A stretch of 64,000 nucleotides of DNA. Origin: Octopus vulgaris. Lineage: Eukaryota. How positions within the stretch are numbered: position 1 is the stretch's first letter; each line of letters opens with the position of its first letter. Below, piece after piece: positions 13,036 to 25,794 of this stretch. The notes beneath the pieces were generated by a model that saw nothing but the letters and a program-made list of their open reading frames with translations, searched no databases and was not told the DNA's origin. The stretch is taken from the NCBI GenBank assembly GCA_951406725.2, contig OX597814.1:149110001-149174000 (forward strand). The letters are read 5' to 3'. A program made the position numbers and the translations under genes.

Positions 13036-13201
13036 TATATTAAATTAGAGATAAAACCACTATTAGGCAAATCATACAATGAAAAACATTGATTATTTAA
13101 TTTATATTATTTAAATATATAACAAAATTATAACATAAGATTATTTAATTTATATTATTTAAATATATAAAAAAATTATTAAAAACATATAATTAATATA
13201 A

Positions 13202-13263
13202 CACTACGATCGTTTCATGGCTGTTAATTTCTTTAAATTTTCGAGTTAGTCATTCATCAGGTG
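13202..13263 (-). ncRNA. Minimal type-I hammerhead ribozyme motif
   Basis: Minus strand reads cac-CUGAUGA-augacu...agccau-GAAAC-gauc-GUA-gug. All conserved core nucleotides are present, stem III is the palindrome ACGAUCGU, and stem I is 3 bp. Confidence 0.75.
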
Positions 13264-13325
13264 GTTTAAATATTTAACTTGGCGAGGTTTAATCAATGTA
13301 AGTTTGGATTTATTCCCTAATATTT

Positions 13326-13376
<51 letters not shown>

Positions 13377-13456
13377 TACGAGGCGAGTAAACAAAGTTTG
13401 TTTTAGGTTTTAGAAGCGTTCAGATGTATTGAAAGATACTGAAATAATTTTAATTA

Positions 13457-13705
13457 ATTCTCAAATGCGTGATAATGCTAATAAAATAGCGTGAACAGGA
13501 TAAATTATCCATACATTGCAGAAACACACGTTACTGGTCAGTCATGAGACTCGAACTCACATCCTTGTGATTATGCGTCAAGTGTTTTACCATTAAGAAA
13601 TGTGAGTTCGAGTCTCATGGCTGGCCGGTAATGTATGTTTCTGCAATGTATTGATAATTTATCCTGTTCACGCTATTTTATTAACATTATCACGCGTTTG
13701 AGAAT
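13457..13705. repeat. Foldback: 106-bp inverted arms (13457-13562 / 13600-13705) around a tRNA-like head
   Basis: The arms differ at about 8 positions by manual alignment. The minus-strand centre reads ttaatggtaaa...gagttcgagtctc (A/B-box-like). Confidence 0.9.
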
Positions 13706-14657
13706 AAAAAAGGGATTTCTGTATACATTTATATATATATATGTATATATAAATACACATATACACAAACACACACACATATATAGGCAACAGAGTTTCC
13801 GAACTCTATCTTTGTAAAACTATATGGATGCCAACGAGTAAATTATTATGTGGGAGCTAAATATGGCAAGAAATAGTCACCGTTACTTCGAATATCATAA
13901 CCTACACTCTTAACGAAAGAGGATCACTTTGGCCAGCGGAACCTTATATATAAAAGCACTTAACAGAGATACACATTAGGGACAACGTCGAATATATGCC
14001 AGAATAAATATCAATTTTCAGCAAGACATAAGCCAGTAAAAAATAAAGTGGCACAACAATGGGATATCACTTTTACATTTGAAACGGTGTTGCTGCTCTA
14101 TAGTCATAGTAGATGGTATCTAAATAAATGTCGATCAAGTGATTGGCGCGAAGTCGTTTTTTAAAATACAGTAACGTTTGACCCAACAGTCAGCTATGAC
14201 GACTCTCTGAATCTTCTACAACTTGTACTACGAGCTCTGCACTTCAGAGGTGAAAAGTCTCATGCTACCTTTATACAGAAATTCCAACACACGTTAGCTA
14301 AATCATGGACCCACTAATATTGAAAATATTCCCACGCTGTTTATATTTTTTTCCAAGAGCTTGGTGTTTCCTCATGAACCCAATAAAAAACTATACAATT
14401 ATTAATTTTAGAGTGGCTAAAAAATGTTTTAGAGTTATACAATACACTTAATAAGAGATAATGCACAGGAAACCTGGATTCAGTATCCTGTTTTTATTTT
14501 CGTTAGAAATATTCGTTTTATTACTCACCCACCGTCCTCAAATAAAATAATCATGTTTTGCTGTTAGTTTTGTCCCAAGTCACTTATTTTCTAACACATA
14601 TATGTAAATAATGTAAATAAATCCAATTAGCAGCATTTCTAACAAACAATATTTAGT

Positions 14658-15132
14658 GGGTGCTACTTTAGCGGCGGTCTACTGCAGTATCCTGTCTACT
14701 CTGTGAAATTACTTTTAGCGTGCTGTCTACCTTTACTTACCCTTTTACATTTTATCGTTCGATCTAACTCCACTTGAATCACTGCTTTATTCATGGGTAT
14801 CTCCAATGGGAAAAAAAGAATAGAAAGCGAAGTTTGATACTATTTTCGAGGAGAGCGAAATATAGGCCAGTATTCTCCACTTCTGTCACGTATTCGGTTT
14901 TCTTGCAAGATGCTATCACGTCGGTGACAAGTGTCTGCTTCTTGTGATGTATCCGATGTATCCAGAAGATTGTTTTCTTGTAAAAATGTAACTGCTGTCT
15001 CCTCTGTAAGAATTATACGTCTATAGAAAACTTTTAACAGCATTGTAATGGTTAAAATTAACTCAGGTTAAATGGGTTAATTTCACAGCGTAGACAAGAT
15101 ATTGCGGTAGACCGCACGCTAAAGTAGCATCC
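14658..15132 (-). mobile_element. Non-autonomous DNA transposon with ~54-bp TIRs, probably Merlin/IS1016-like
   Basis: TIRs at 14658-14710 and 15079-15132 start with GG and carry a sub-repeat (tttagcgtgc.gtctac). The internal ORF remnant EETAVTFLQENNLL...CHR...PIFR.PRK resembles the Merlin N-terminal zinc-ribbon region. aatattt occurs near both flanks. Confidence 0.7.
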
Positions 15133-16378
15133 AATATTTTTCTCCCAAGCATCAAGAATCAATCAAAGAAGGGCCACGTGTAGTTAATGTTAAATATAAT
15201 TTCAGCACTGGATGTGGATGTAGGTATACGTAAGTTTATTGTTGGATTAACTACATGTAAACTAACAAAAACGAAGGCAGCAAATAATCAGAACCAGAAT
15301 TACAATCTGCTAGAAAAGACTGTCGAGACATCCAGAATAACTTCTGAGATTAAATACTGGAAGGATATAAGAATTGAACTCAGTTCTTCAAGTGACAGGA
15401 ATCCTGGATTATTATACCGAAGAAAATTATCTAAAGTTGTTTAGAAGCTAATATGACTGTAGCACTGATTGTTATGCGTGTTGGAAATAAATACAGCGGC
15501 AACTTATTTGACTTTCACTCTGAATGAAGGAAACTGCGAGCTTCTAAGAGTGCGTGTATATTCTATGTATAAATTTGTGTATATGTTTACATGAAATGCT
15601 TTGTGTATATGCGTGTAAATGTGTGCACGTTATTAAGCAAAAAAGAAAAAAAACGAAGAAAAACTCTCCAGTTCTTGTAGGTGATTCTAAACGAGGATAA
15701 CATACACATAAAAAGATTATTTAAGCCGTGTCTTGATGAAAAGAGAAACGAAGGGAGAAGCAGTATAAATCTAGACTTGCATGTGTAGAAATAAAATCAT
15801 AACATAAAAATAACAAAATTAACACATACTTTCACGTAAAGTGATGGAATAAAGAAGAAACGGAATAGTGTGATCAAACTTACTGAAAACTATTGGACAT
15901 CTTGATAGTTCAATTTGCGCTGAGACCGTAAGAAAACACACATATATACTATCATGTTCATTTAAAAGCAAACAGACTTACAAACACACACAAAATTACA
16001 CACAAAGACACATACAAACACAGACACACACACAAACACACACAAACGCATACGCGCACATATATATGTATGTATGCACGTGTCTATGACTAGATGCAAG
16101 AACGGATACACATGCATACGCAGGCATATACACACATATAGTTAATGGCGAGAGTATTTCCCAGCAGATTAATTAGCAGAAAGACAATAAAATTGAAGGT
16201 AACAAAGAAAAGAACATATCAAACTTTAACGTACATATATATACATATATATACATATATATATATATAAACAAACATATATACACACCCACAAACACAC
16301 ACACATATATATACACCTATGCGATATGTACATGTATATACATATATATATACATATATATGAGTGTTTTTGTGTGTA

Positions 16379-16409
<31 letters not shown>

Positions 16410-16500
16410 CATATATATGCTCGTATGCATGTATATATGTATATATGTACATATAATGTGAGTGTGTTTATGTGCGTGAATATATATATATGTACGTAGA

Positions 16501-16556
<56 letters not shown>

Positions 16557-16682
16557 TATGATTGTATGTAAATATTAGCATATATATTTGTGCATGCATG
16601 TGTTTGTATTATCATATATTTTTCTATCTACGCATATTCGTGTGTGTATGTGTGTATATGTATGTATATATATATAATTATG

Positions 16683-16741
<59 letters not shown>

Positions 16742-18091
16742 GGAAATAAAAAAAAATCGAAATCGATTATATGGAAAAGAAAACAAATGGTAGAAAATTC
16801 AATACGTGCGAAAGCTTTATATAAAGAAAACAATGAGAGTGAAGCAAGAAAATTCCACAAAAATATAAAGTACTGATGACAGAAGTATTATATAAAAGAA
16901 GAAAAAAACGAAAGCGAAAATAACATGGAAAGAAATTGAAAGAAAATCTCCCTCGTGTTGAAGTTTTCAAGAACGAATACGAAAGAATCTTAGACAGTAG
17001 GGGAGGGAAATAGAAAAATATAAATGAATAATAAATAAAAAGAGAAAATAAGTGCCTCTAGAATAAGGAATTGAAGGAGACAAAAAGAATAGTTGATTTT
17101 GTGTTGTATTTGTTTGTTTCTTTGTTTTAATTTGTCCTTTTATTTCGTTTTTTTTTTAGAGGAAAAAATTAAAAGAAATATTCGCATTAGGTAAAGAGAG
17201 AGGGAAGTTGGCAAGAGTAGATGATGGAGAAGAAGAGAAATGGGTAGAAAATGTATTAAGATTTTATTTTTATTTTTCTGTTTATTCATTTTCTTTTTTT
17301 TTTCACTTTTTTTTTCAAAGAACTAGGTGCTATAAGGAACAGAACAATGGCTGCAAAAGAAGATCTGAAAATACATCGAAGCTCTTAATGATGAGGTCGT
17401 CAGAATGGTTGAGCAATTATGATTTCATATCGATCTAAAGAGGTTAGAGTTAATTCGTGTTATGACTTATACAAGATATGCGCTAGGAGATTCTTTTATT
17501 TTCTTTAGCATCATTCATTGTTCTTAACTTATTTCTTTCCTTTCTTTTTCTGCTCTGGCATCTTCCTTTCCACGATAAAAGCTGGAAATAAAGACCGTGA
17601 CGTCACTTTGACAATGTCAGCTTAGAAGAAAATAGGAACTGCATGAAAAGATAATTATGGTAAACTATTGATGAAAATGTCTTTTTTTTTTGTCTTTTTC
17701 CTCTTTATATAAACGAATCGTGGAAATAAAAACAAGTACAAAAACTTCGAGAAAATTGGATGAGATTATTAGGCTCTTTTTATAATGTTTTCAAAAGTAA
17801 ATTGGGAAGAAAACAACATTAATATGCTTTCACCCATTTAACTATGATTTATCACGCGTATAGTGTCGTCGGTGTTATTTAATTTTTAAATAATTATTTT
17901 TCTCAAAGCCAACAAATATCATGTTTCTCAAGTGATTCCGTCGCTAATGATTATATCTTCGGTTGAAAAACTCCAATAAGCGTGAAACATGTCTTCACTT
18001 CTGCAGTGAGAAAGCAACGTATATCGCTGATTAACGAATGTTAGACTCACCCGCATGCATATTATGATATTATTACGATTAAGATTATTAA

Positions 18092-18281
18092 GGGGACGAG
18101 CTCACGGGAAAAAGGCATAGCGGCATTTCGTCCGTCTTTTCCGTCCGAGGTCAAATTCAGTTGAGGTCGACTTTGCCTTTTATCTTTTCGGGGTTGATGA
18201 AATAAGTATCATTTGTTTACTGTAGTCGATATAATCGACTACCTACCTCCCCTAAATTTATACCGTTAGTAGAAGGAATTA

Positions 18282-18312
<31 letters not shown>
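18092..18312 (+). mobile_element. SINE family 2 with (ATT)n tail
   Basis: gaggtcgactttgcctttt...ttcggggttgatgaaataagta body. Confidence 0.75.
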
Positions 18313-18315
<3 letters not shown>

Positions 18316-19439
18316 GGGTGTACTATGTATATATTTTTATAAGCAGACGGAAAAAAAACTAGAAAATGGCACTTCCAATGATATGGCGACTGAGAAAACC
18401 GGGGTTTTCCCCGAATTAACCTTAGCGTACTGCTCCACTATTGTGGCTTATATTCATATATTTAAACGTTATCAGTCGCGCATAAACGATGCATGTTTCG
18501 ATTATTATCCGAACTCGCTGCAGGATAGCGTTTAATGAGACTTCCTAATAATGCTGGTGGTTAAAACAACTGAACGTCATAGATTACGAGAGCCAACTGA
18601 TCTCAGATCGAATCCAAAAGTGATGGATACAGATATTTCACAATTATTGTTTCTTGTCAACACTGCATACCTGGATCGAAACAACGACAAGCTTAATGAC
18701 CGTTCAATGACTATATACACGTAGTGGAAAATTCATTTGATGATAAGTCATGGAGATGCACATATCAACGCAAATGAACTTACGAATTATAAGCAGCTTT
18801 AGTAATGTGAACATTATCGATTGCACATATACAGCAGATGTGTTTTGCCCATTCGCCAAATTTGCTGCGAGATAATGTTTAAGGATACTCCTTAATAAAA
18901 CTAGGTGTTAAAGCAGCTGAAAGTCATAGAGTGGGCGAAATTACTGGCCTCAGATCCATCACAAAATTGAGGGTTGAGGGATACAGATATTTCACCATTA
19001 TTGTGGTTTGTCAACACCATGCGCTTGTATCCCCCGTATGTGACTAAATACGAATAGTGTGAAAACTATTTGATGAGGTACCACGACGATTCAGCACATC
19101 TTCAGTTCTATTCAAGTGCGTGATCTTGATAAGCCACATTAATGGCGAAGTATCGGGCTCGATGACTCCTGGATTCAATCCGAGGAGAGGTGATCTCTGA
19201 TAATTGCTAAGAATTTTCAGCATGAAACAAATGGTAGCTTTGTTAATCCACAAATAAAGAATATTTATCCACCAATACAATATTGAGCACGCCTTCTCGA
19301 TGTTGGATATAAGCGTGTATATGTATACTTGTGTTTCTGTGCGTGTTTTAGTTTGCATGTGTGTGTTTGTTTGGTTGTTTATGTGTGTGTGTGTGCTTGC
19401 TTGTTTGCTTGTGCGTGTGTGTGTGTCTGTGTGTGTGTG

Positions 19440-19645
19440 CATCCTTTCTACAATAGGTACGAGATCTCTAATTATGGAGGTAGGGATTAGTTGATAACAT
19501 TGATCTCAGTACTTGAGTGATAGTTTTTTCATCGATCAAGAATGGATGAAAGGTAAAGTCGACCTCTGTGGTACTGTAATTCAGAACGTAGAGATGGACG
19601 AAATGCCACCAAGAAACTGGTTCGGCTTCTGACGATTCCACCAGC
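19440..19645 (-). mobile_element. SINE family 2
   Basis: ggatgaaaggtaaagtcgacctc and cagaacgtaga are the reverse complement of the family-2 body. Confidence 0.75.
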
Positions 19646-19769
19646 CTACCGCTTACACTCACACACATAAACACACACACATATATATATATACTAATAC
19701 ACACATGCACACACGCACACGCACACTCTCTCACACACACATACAAACACATATACACACATGCACACA

Positions 19770-20635
19770 TGTATAATTTTATTCACTTAGTTTTACATGT
19801 TTACACTTATCGCCTTTAAAGTATTCTCTGTTCGAAGCAATGCATGGGTCCTGGCGCGTTTTTCAATATTCCAGCATTACTGAAACTCTTGCGAAGTGAC
19901 GCCTTTTAACGTCTTTTTTTCTTCACCTCCTCCACTTCTGCAAATTCCGTAACACCAGCTATCGACACAAGTGCTGACCTTCGAAAAAATCTCAGGATCA
20001 ACTTCCAGCCGTTCTTGCAGTTCACGCCACCCATTCAGCTGTGACTGCTTTTGATCACCTGGAGCAAGCGAGACACACTTTTCTCTGCAACTCCTTTACT
20101 TCGCAATACCTCGCTCAAAATAGGTTACAATGAGCCCCAGGACACACCAGCCATATCAATAAGTTGGTCAGTTTTTTGGTGACGGTCCTTCAAGATAAGT
20201 TTATAAATGTTCATGGTGTTGTTATTCGTTCGATACGTCAACGGTCGTCCTGAACGAGATTGGATTTCAAGCGACAAGTGACCATTCCTAAAACGCAGAG
20301 ACCACTCGTAAGCTTGTGTTTTGCTCATTGCAGCGTCCTTCTAAGCTGTTTGAAGCATGACAACTGTTTTGGCCGCCGTTTTCCCAAGCAGAACTTACAA
20401 TTTCACGGAAATACGCTTTGTTTTTTATTTCGTTTCAGTCATCGCAAAAATCGATGAATACGGGAGAATCACTGCAAAACAAAGACGCACCACGTGGCGG
20501 TAAGACCACACTCGACGACGCCGGTCGGCAAACTAATACTTGAGGGTCACATCAGGTAGCTTCTAGCGGCAGAAACCTGAACTACAACGGGTTTGTCGCA
20601 CAGAAAACTTTTCCGATTACTTTTGGTAACCCCTT
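19770..20635 (-). mobile_element. Internally deleted mariner transposon
   Basis: MSKTQAYEW..RFRNG..SLE...RSGRP.T HTH motifs (20125-20328) and C-terminal CIAS.REYFKGD near 19810-19845. A TIR-like end at 20611-20635; the other TIR is not found. Confidence 0.8.
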
Positions 20636-20696
20636 TTGTGTGTGTGTCTATATATATGTGTGTGTGTGTCTGAGTGTGTGTAGAAATATATATAAA

Positions 20697-21063
20697 TAGC
20701 TTGCTTATGAACCACATGGTTCCGGGTTAAGTCCCACTGCGTGGCACCTTGGGCGAATGTCTTCTACTATAGCCTCGGGCCGACCAAAGACTTGTGAGTG
20801 GATTTGGTAAGCAGAAACTGAAAGAAGCCCGTCGTATATGTGTATATATATTTGTGTGTGTGTTTGTGCCCCCCAAATCGCTTGACAACAGATGCTAGTG
20901 TGTTTATGCCCCCGTAACTTAGCGGTTCGGCAAAAGAGACCGATAGAATAAGTACTAGGCTTACAAAGAATAAGTCCTGCGGTCGATTTGCTCGACTAAA
21001 GATGGTGCTTCAGCATGGCCTCAGTCAAATGACTGAAACAAGTAAAAGAGTAAAGAGTAAGAG
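20697..21063 (+). mobile_element. SINE family 1
   Basis: Nearly colinear with 12105-12488. Confidence 0.9.
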
Positions 21064-21764
21064 TAATATATATATATATTTATATAAACATACACATACA
21101 TACATACATACATACATACATACATACATACATACATACATACATACATACATACATACATACATACATACATTTATACACATGTACATACAAACATATA
21201 TATATATAGATAAATGATATTTTGATATATCTGTATGTACTTTTAGATGTTTCCTTTTGGTTCATACTTGCTTCTATAGTCGCCTGTGTGTAAATATACG
21301 TCTATCTGCATCAATGTTTTATATACATAATGCGTATCTCTTCTGTTTGTAGTTGAACGTACATTGATATTAACACTCACCAAAGGATATTGTCTGACTG
21401 TTTGATAAGAATTTGAACATCGGTATAGCAACAAAGAAATGAAGTCGTTTGCAGGCAACGAGCCAAGTCACCCGTCAGATTTCAGAGATTGATAAAAGAA
21501 CTACGAGATAAACTGGCTTCCCAAAAGTCGTGTATTGACTCATTGCCGTTATCGCCTTTTAATTATAACTACACCGAATAATCTTGATTTCTGGCCAGGT
21601 TTCGCGTAGTTACTTGTATAGCCAGATTTCCAAAAACAGCAGGAATCACTTCGGGTGACATTTTCACAGCATTGTGTTCCTGTTGTTGGTGAATTTGTCA
21701 TTGTTGCTGTTGTTATTATTATTATTATTGTTGTTGTTGTTGTTGCTGCTGCTGCTGCTGCTGC

Positions 21765-21795
<31 letters not shown>

Positions 21796-22212
21796 AAGAA
21801 AAACCTGAATAGTCTGGAACAAAATGTCCTGCGGTATTTAGTGTTTCAGCTCTTTTCAATCATATTTCAGTTTTTGTCGAGCTCGAATTCATTTTTCACC
21901 CCTCCAGGGCCAAGAAGAGGACTAGTCCGTCTATCAATTTAATCATTTGATTCCACCTCCAAATGTGTAGCCTTCTGCTTATATTAGGAATGTGTATCAT
22001 TTGCATTAAAACTGATAGATTTGCAGGATTGGTAGTGAAACATACAAATTATCTACTGATAGTTAGTCATGGATATTTACACTTAGAGTTCGAATAGTGT
22101 TAAAATCCAAATCTGCTACTCATTTTTAAGAATTTCAATAAAATTAATAACATGAGTATACTGATAACGATTCGATGGTCTTCTTCGACACCAGATGTGT
22201 GATATTGTGGCC

Positions 22213-22420
22213 ACGCCGGGCGAAATGCGTAGCCGTATTTCATCTGCCGTTACGTTCTGAGTTCAAATTCCCCCGAGGTCGACTTTGCCTTTCATCGTTT
22301 CGGGGTCGATAAATTAAGTACCAGTTTCGCACTGGGGTCGATGTAATCGACTTAATCCGTTTGTCTCTCCTTGTTTGTCCCCTCTATGTTTAGCCCCTTG
22401 TGGGTAATAAAGAAACAGAT
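22213..22420 (+). mobile_element. SINE family 2 (Meta-domain-like body), 5'-truncated
   Basis: B box gagttcaaattcc and gtcgactttgcctttcatc.tttcggggtcgataaattaagtaccag. Confidence 0.85.
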
Positions 22421-22439
22421 ATTTTGCACTTTCTACAAA

Positions 22440-25400
22440 CAATCTTTGTACATTTTATTCGTAACCTCACTGGAGTCTTCTGTTTGTAGTTGAACGTACA
22501 TTGATATTAACACTCACCAGATTTTATGCCTTTTTCCTCTGTCCATCTGTTCAGATCTTCAAGAATAGTTCCTAATTTATCTATAACTACAGGGATACAT
22601 TTATCCGCAATTTTCATAGCACCTATAAAACAATATCTAGGTGCCAATACTTTGCAATTTTCTCTCTATCTCTCATATTGACTTGCTCATCATTTAGGAA
22701 TGTAAAGTCAATTACCTGGCACATTTTATTGCCTTTGTCTACTACTACTAAGTCAGGCTTTCTAGTTTCGATTACGCTGTCAGTCTGAATGCTACAATCC
22801 CACGCCTTATATTTCTTAAATTGTAACACCATACTAGGTTAATGTCCACACATTTATCCGTATTTATCTGTAGAAATCCGAGGTTTCTACATAATTACCC
22901 GTGGATTATTCTCTCTCCGTTGTCATGTCTTTTCTTAGATTCATTCCGTGTCAGCACACTACTTTCACAAACTATATGAGAAACAGTTTCTTCCTTTGAT
23001 TTACATGACCTGTACTGGAATTCAACCTGATTTTTGCCTCTATTGGCTTTTATCCAGTTCCTAACATTGTGCTACTGCAAAAACTTTCTACATCCCTTTT
23101 CAGCCTTCCTTTCTGCAACCACAACATGTCTCAGTATTACTATTTTCTGCAACTGTCTTTGAAAATCTACTATGCAAAGGCTTCTCTTTCCAGTCAGATA
23201 ATCTTTTTTTTTTTTTGTTTTTAACAATAGCTGGCTTTTTGATTTCTCTATCTCCTGCTGTTACACTAGCAGCTCATAATAAAAGTCCCTCTTACCTGTA
23301 CAGGAAACAATATCTTCTCCAGCTAATTCTACTCAGTTTTCTATTGATATTAAACCTCTTCAAGGCGGTGAGTTAGCAGAATCATTAGCACGCCGGGCGA
23401 AATGTTTAGCGGTATTAAGACGGCGAGCTGGCAGAAACGTTAGCACACCGGGCGAAATGCGTAGCCGTATTTCGTCTGCCGTTACGTTCTGTGTTCAAAT
23501 TCCGCCAAGGTCGACTTTGCCTTTCATCTTTTCAGGGTCGATAAATTAAGTACCAGTTACACACTGGGGTCGATGTAATCGACTTAATCCGTTTCTCTGT
23601 CCTTGTTTGTCCCCTCTGTGTTTAGCCCCTTGTGGGTAGTAAAGAAATAGGTATTTCATCTATCTTTACGTTCTGAGTTCAAATTCCGCCGAGGTTGACT
23701 TTGCCTTTCATCCCTTCGAGGTCGATAAATTAAGCACCAGTTGCTTCTGGGGTAGATCTAATCAACTGGCCACCTCCCCAAAACGTGCGGGCCTTGTGTA
23801 TCAAGTAGATAGGGGCGAGCTGGCAGAAACGTTAGCACGCCGGGCGAAAAGCTTAGCGATATTTCGTCTGCCGTTACGTTCTGAGTTCAAATTCCGCCGA
23901 GGTCGACTTTGCCTTTCATACTTTCGGGGTCGATTAAATAACTACCAGTTACGCACTGGGGTCTATATAATCGACTTAATCCGTTTGTCTGTCTTTGTTT
24001 GTCCTCTCTGTTTAGCCCCTTGTGGGTAGTAAAGAAATAGGTATTTCGTCTGTCTTTACGTTCTGTGTTCAAATTCTACCGAAGTCGAATGTACTTTTCA
24101 TCCTTTCGGGGTCGAGAAATTAAGGACCAGTTGCGTACTGGGGTCGACCTAATCGACTGGTCCCTTCGCACCAAATGTCAGGTCTTGTGCCTGTAGTAGA
24201 AAGTTTATCAAACCGTTTTCTTTCTAGGTGTATATAATCTTGCTAGTTCTGCCCTTAGATGAAGTCCTCCTTTCATATTGAACTAGTTCCCTAGTTCTTC
24301 TATCTAGGTTTGTTAATTTAAATTTTTCTCAGTCTACAAAAGCTACTTAACAATACTGCCCACTTATTTACATCATTCACTAGATTTGGACCATTTAAAT
24401 TTGAATTCATTAGCTTCCTCACCCTTCTGATGTGCTCAACTCAATTTTCGTTTTAGTTTCCTTAGTTGGTACTTTATCAAATTCTAATAAACTTAGTTGT
24501 AACTTTCTCCTTCTTTCAGTGATCTTAATGTGTGACCGACCACTTAGTAAGTGAATACCTTCACTGCTGACTATCTGTCCTTTTTCATCACTAATATTGC
24601 GCACTCATCTATGACAAGTCTCATTTTATATTCTTTCTATCAAGCTTCAAATGGTCCCTGTTCAGCAAATGGTTAATTTTTCTTTAGTAAATACTCATCC
24701 TTTGCCTTTCTGAATTCTAAACTGAATTCTAAACGCAAATATGAAAGGGGTAAGGCGTCTCCCCGGAAAACATTTTCTCTGCATATCAACTTTCCTTAAG
24801 GTTGTATCACCCAAGTAAACATCGACTTTCCATTTCTTAACACTAAAACTAATGACATACATATGTTGTCTGCAATATTGTATATTCTCAAACAATCACT
24901 TGCCCATAAGTGTAGAATCCTGTCATAGGCTTTCTTATAACCTATCCATGCTATTGTTGATTATTTTTCTTAGATTTCACTTCTTTTAGAACTTACTTGC
25001 CTATGTATAATAGACCGTGCGTTCCTCTAGCCTTCTTTCTGCAAACTTTCCTTTCTTCAAGAAGTTAATTCTAGATGTCAAAGTGTTCATAAGTGCTTTA
25101 AGAGAGCATTCCTGTTAACAGCTTCCACACTAATGGTAAGAAAGTGATTGGTTCATAATTACTAGCTGTGTTGGTCTTGCTTTCGTCTTCCATAAGGTGT
25201 ACTCCTTTCCGTCTAGTCATCCAATTATGTATGCCTCTGTTCCCTCAGTCTCCCATGTAAGCAACTATATTTCTTTAAATAAATCTCATCCTGTACTCTT
25301 CCACTTCAGCATTCTTCCTAAAACGTCGCACATTACTCATTAAGACACTAGTTAGTTTTTTAGATCTGGCTGCTTCTCGCTAACTACTTCTTCCACCATT

Positions 25401-25620
25401 TCATTAACTATGCTGCACCTCCATTATAATTTACTGGCTTATCTCGAATATCACCCCAGAACTTTCTAGCCTTCTCTGCATTAGACTTCTCATCTTCAGG
25501 AATTTCTTCAACACTATTCATTTAGCAATAAAATCTTCCTTTGCTCTGTCTCTAACAATCTCTTCTGTTGATACTGATTCATTCTTTTTCTGAGATTTAG
25601 AAAGCTTATGTTAAGAGGTG
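22440..25620 (-). mobile_element. Decayed R4/Dong-like (RT plus restriction-like endonuclease) non-LTR retrotransposon
   Basis: Minus-strand motifs NYEPITFLPLVWKLLTG (~25100-25160), AWIGYKKAYD (~24920-24950), GRGLISIE (~23340-23362), CKSKEETVSHIVC (~22965-23010) and PDLVVVDK..CQVIDF..EKIAKY (22623-22832). Interrupted by SINEs. Confidence 0.8.
23363..24205 (+). mobile_element. Cluster of nested/dimeric family-2 SINEs
   Basis: Head 23363-23416, then units 23417-23800 and 23812-24205. Each unit is a full monomer followed by a second monomer starting at ggtatttc. Confidence 0.9.
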
Positions 25621-25794
25621 AAGTGAAATGCAACTGTGCGTATCCTGAGTAGTAATATTTTCTGGTTTTAGATTGTAGCATGTGAGCCACCGGTGGACAA
25701 TTGCTTGGTCTAAACCTGGTTCTGTAGCTAAGGTCCAACTACACACCACGACAGTTAAGGTTCAACTAAGGTCCAAGCGTTAAGGTCCAACTAT

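Noticed and set aside
13540-13596. Possible tRNA gene on the minus strand
   Set aside because: A/B-box-like motifs are present but there is no complete cloverleaf; treated as a SINE-type head.
17597-17606. Perfect CRE palindrome GTGACGTCAC
   Set aside because: A single short motif without supporting context; plausible by chance in 64 kb.
17944-18000. CTAATGA...GAAAC-AT-GTC hammerhead-like match
   Set aside because: G5 is mutated, stem II is not adjacent to GAAA, and stem I needs an 8-nt bulge.
23363-24205. Repeated ~200-bp units that could suggest a CRISPR-like array
   Set aside because: The units are SINE monomers; there is no repeat-spacer periodicity and no cas gene.
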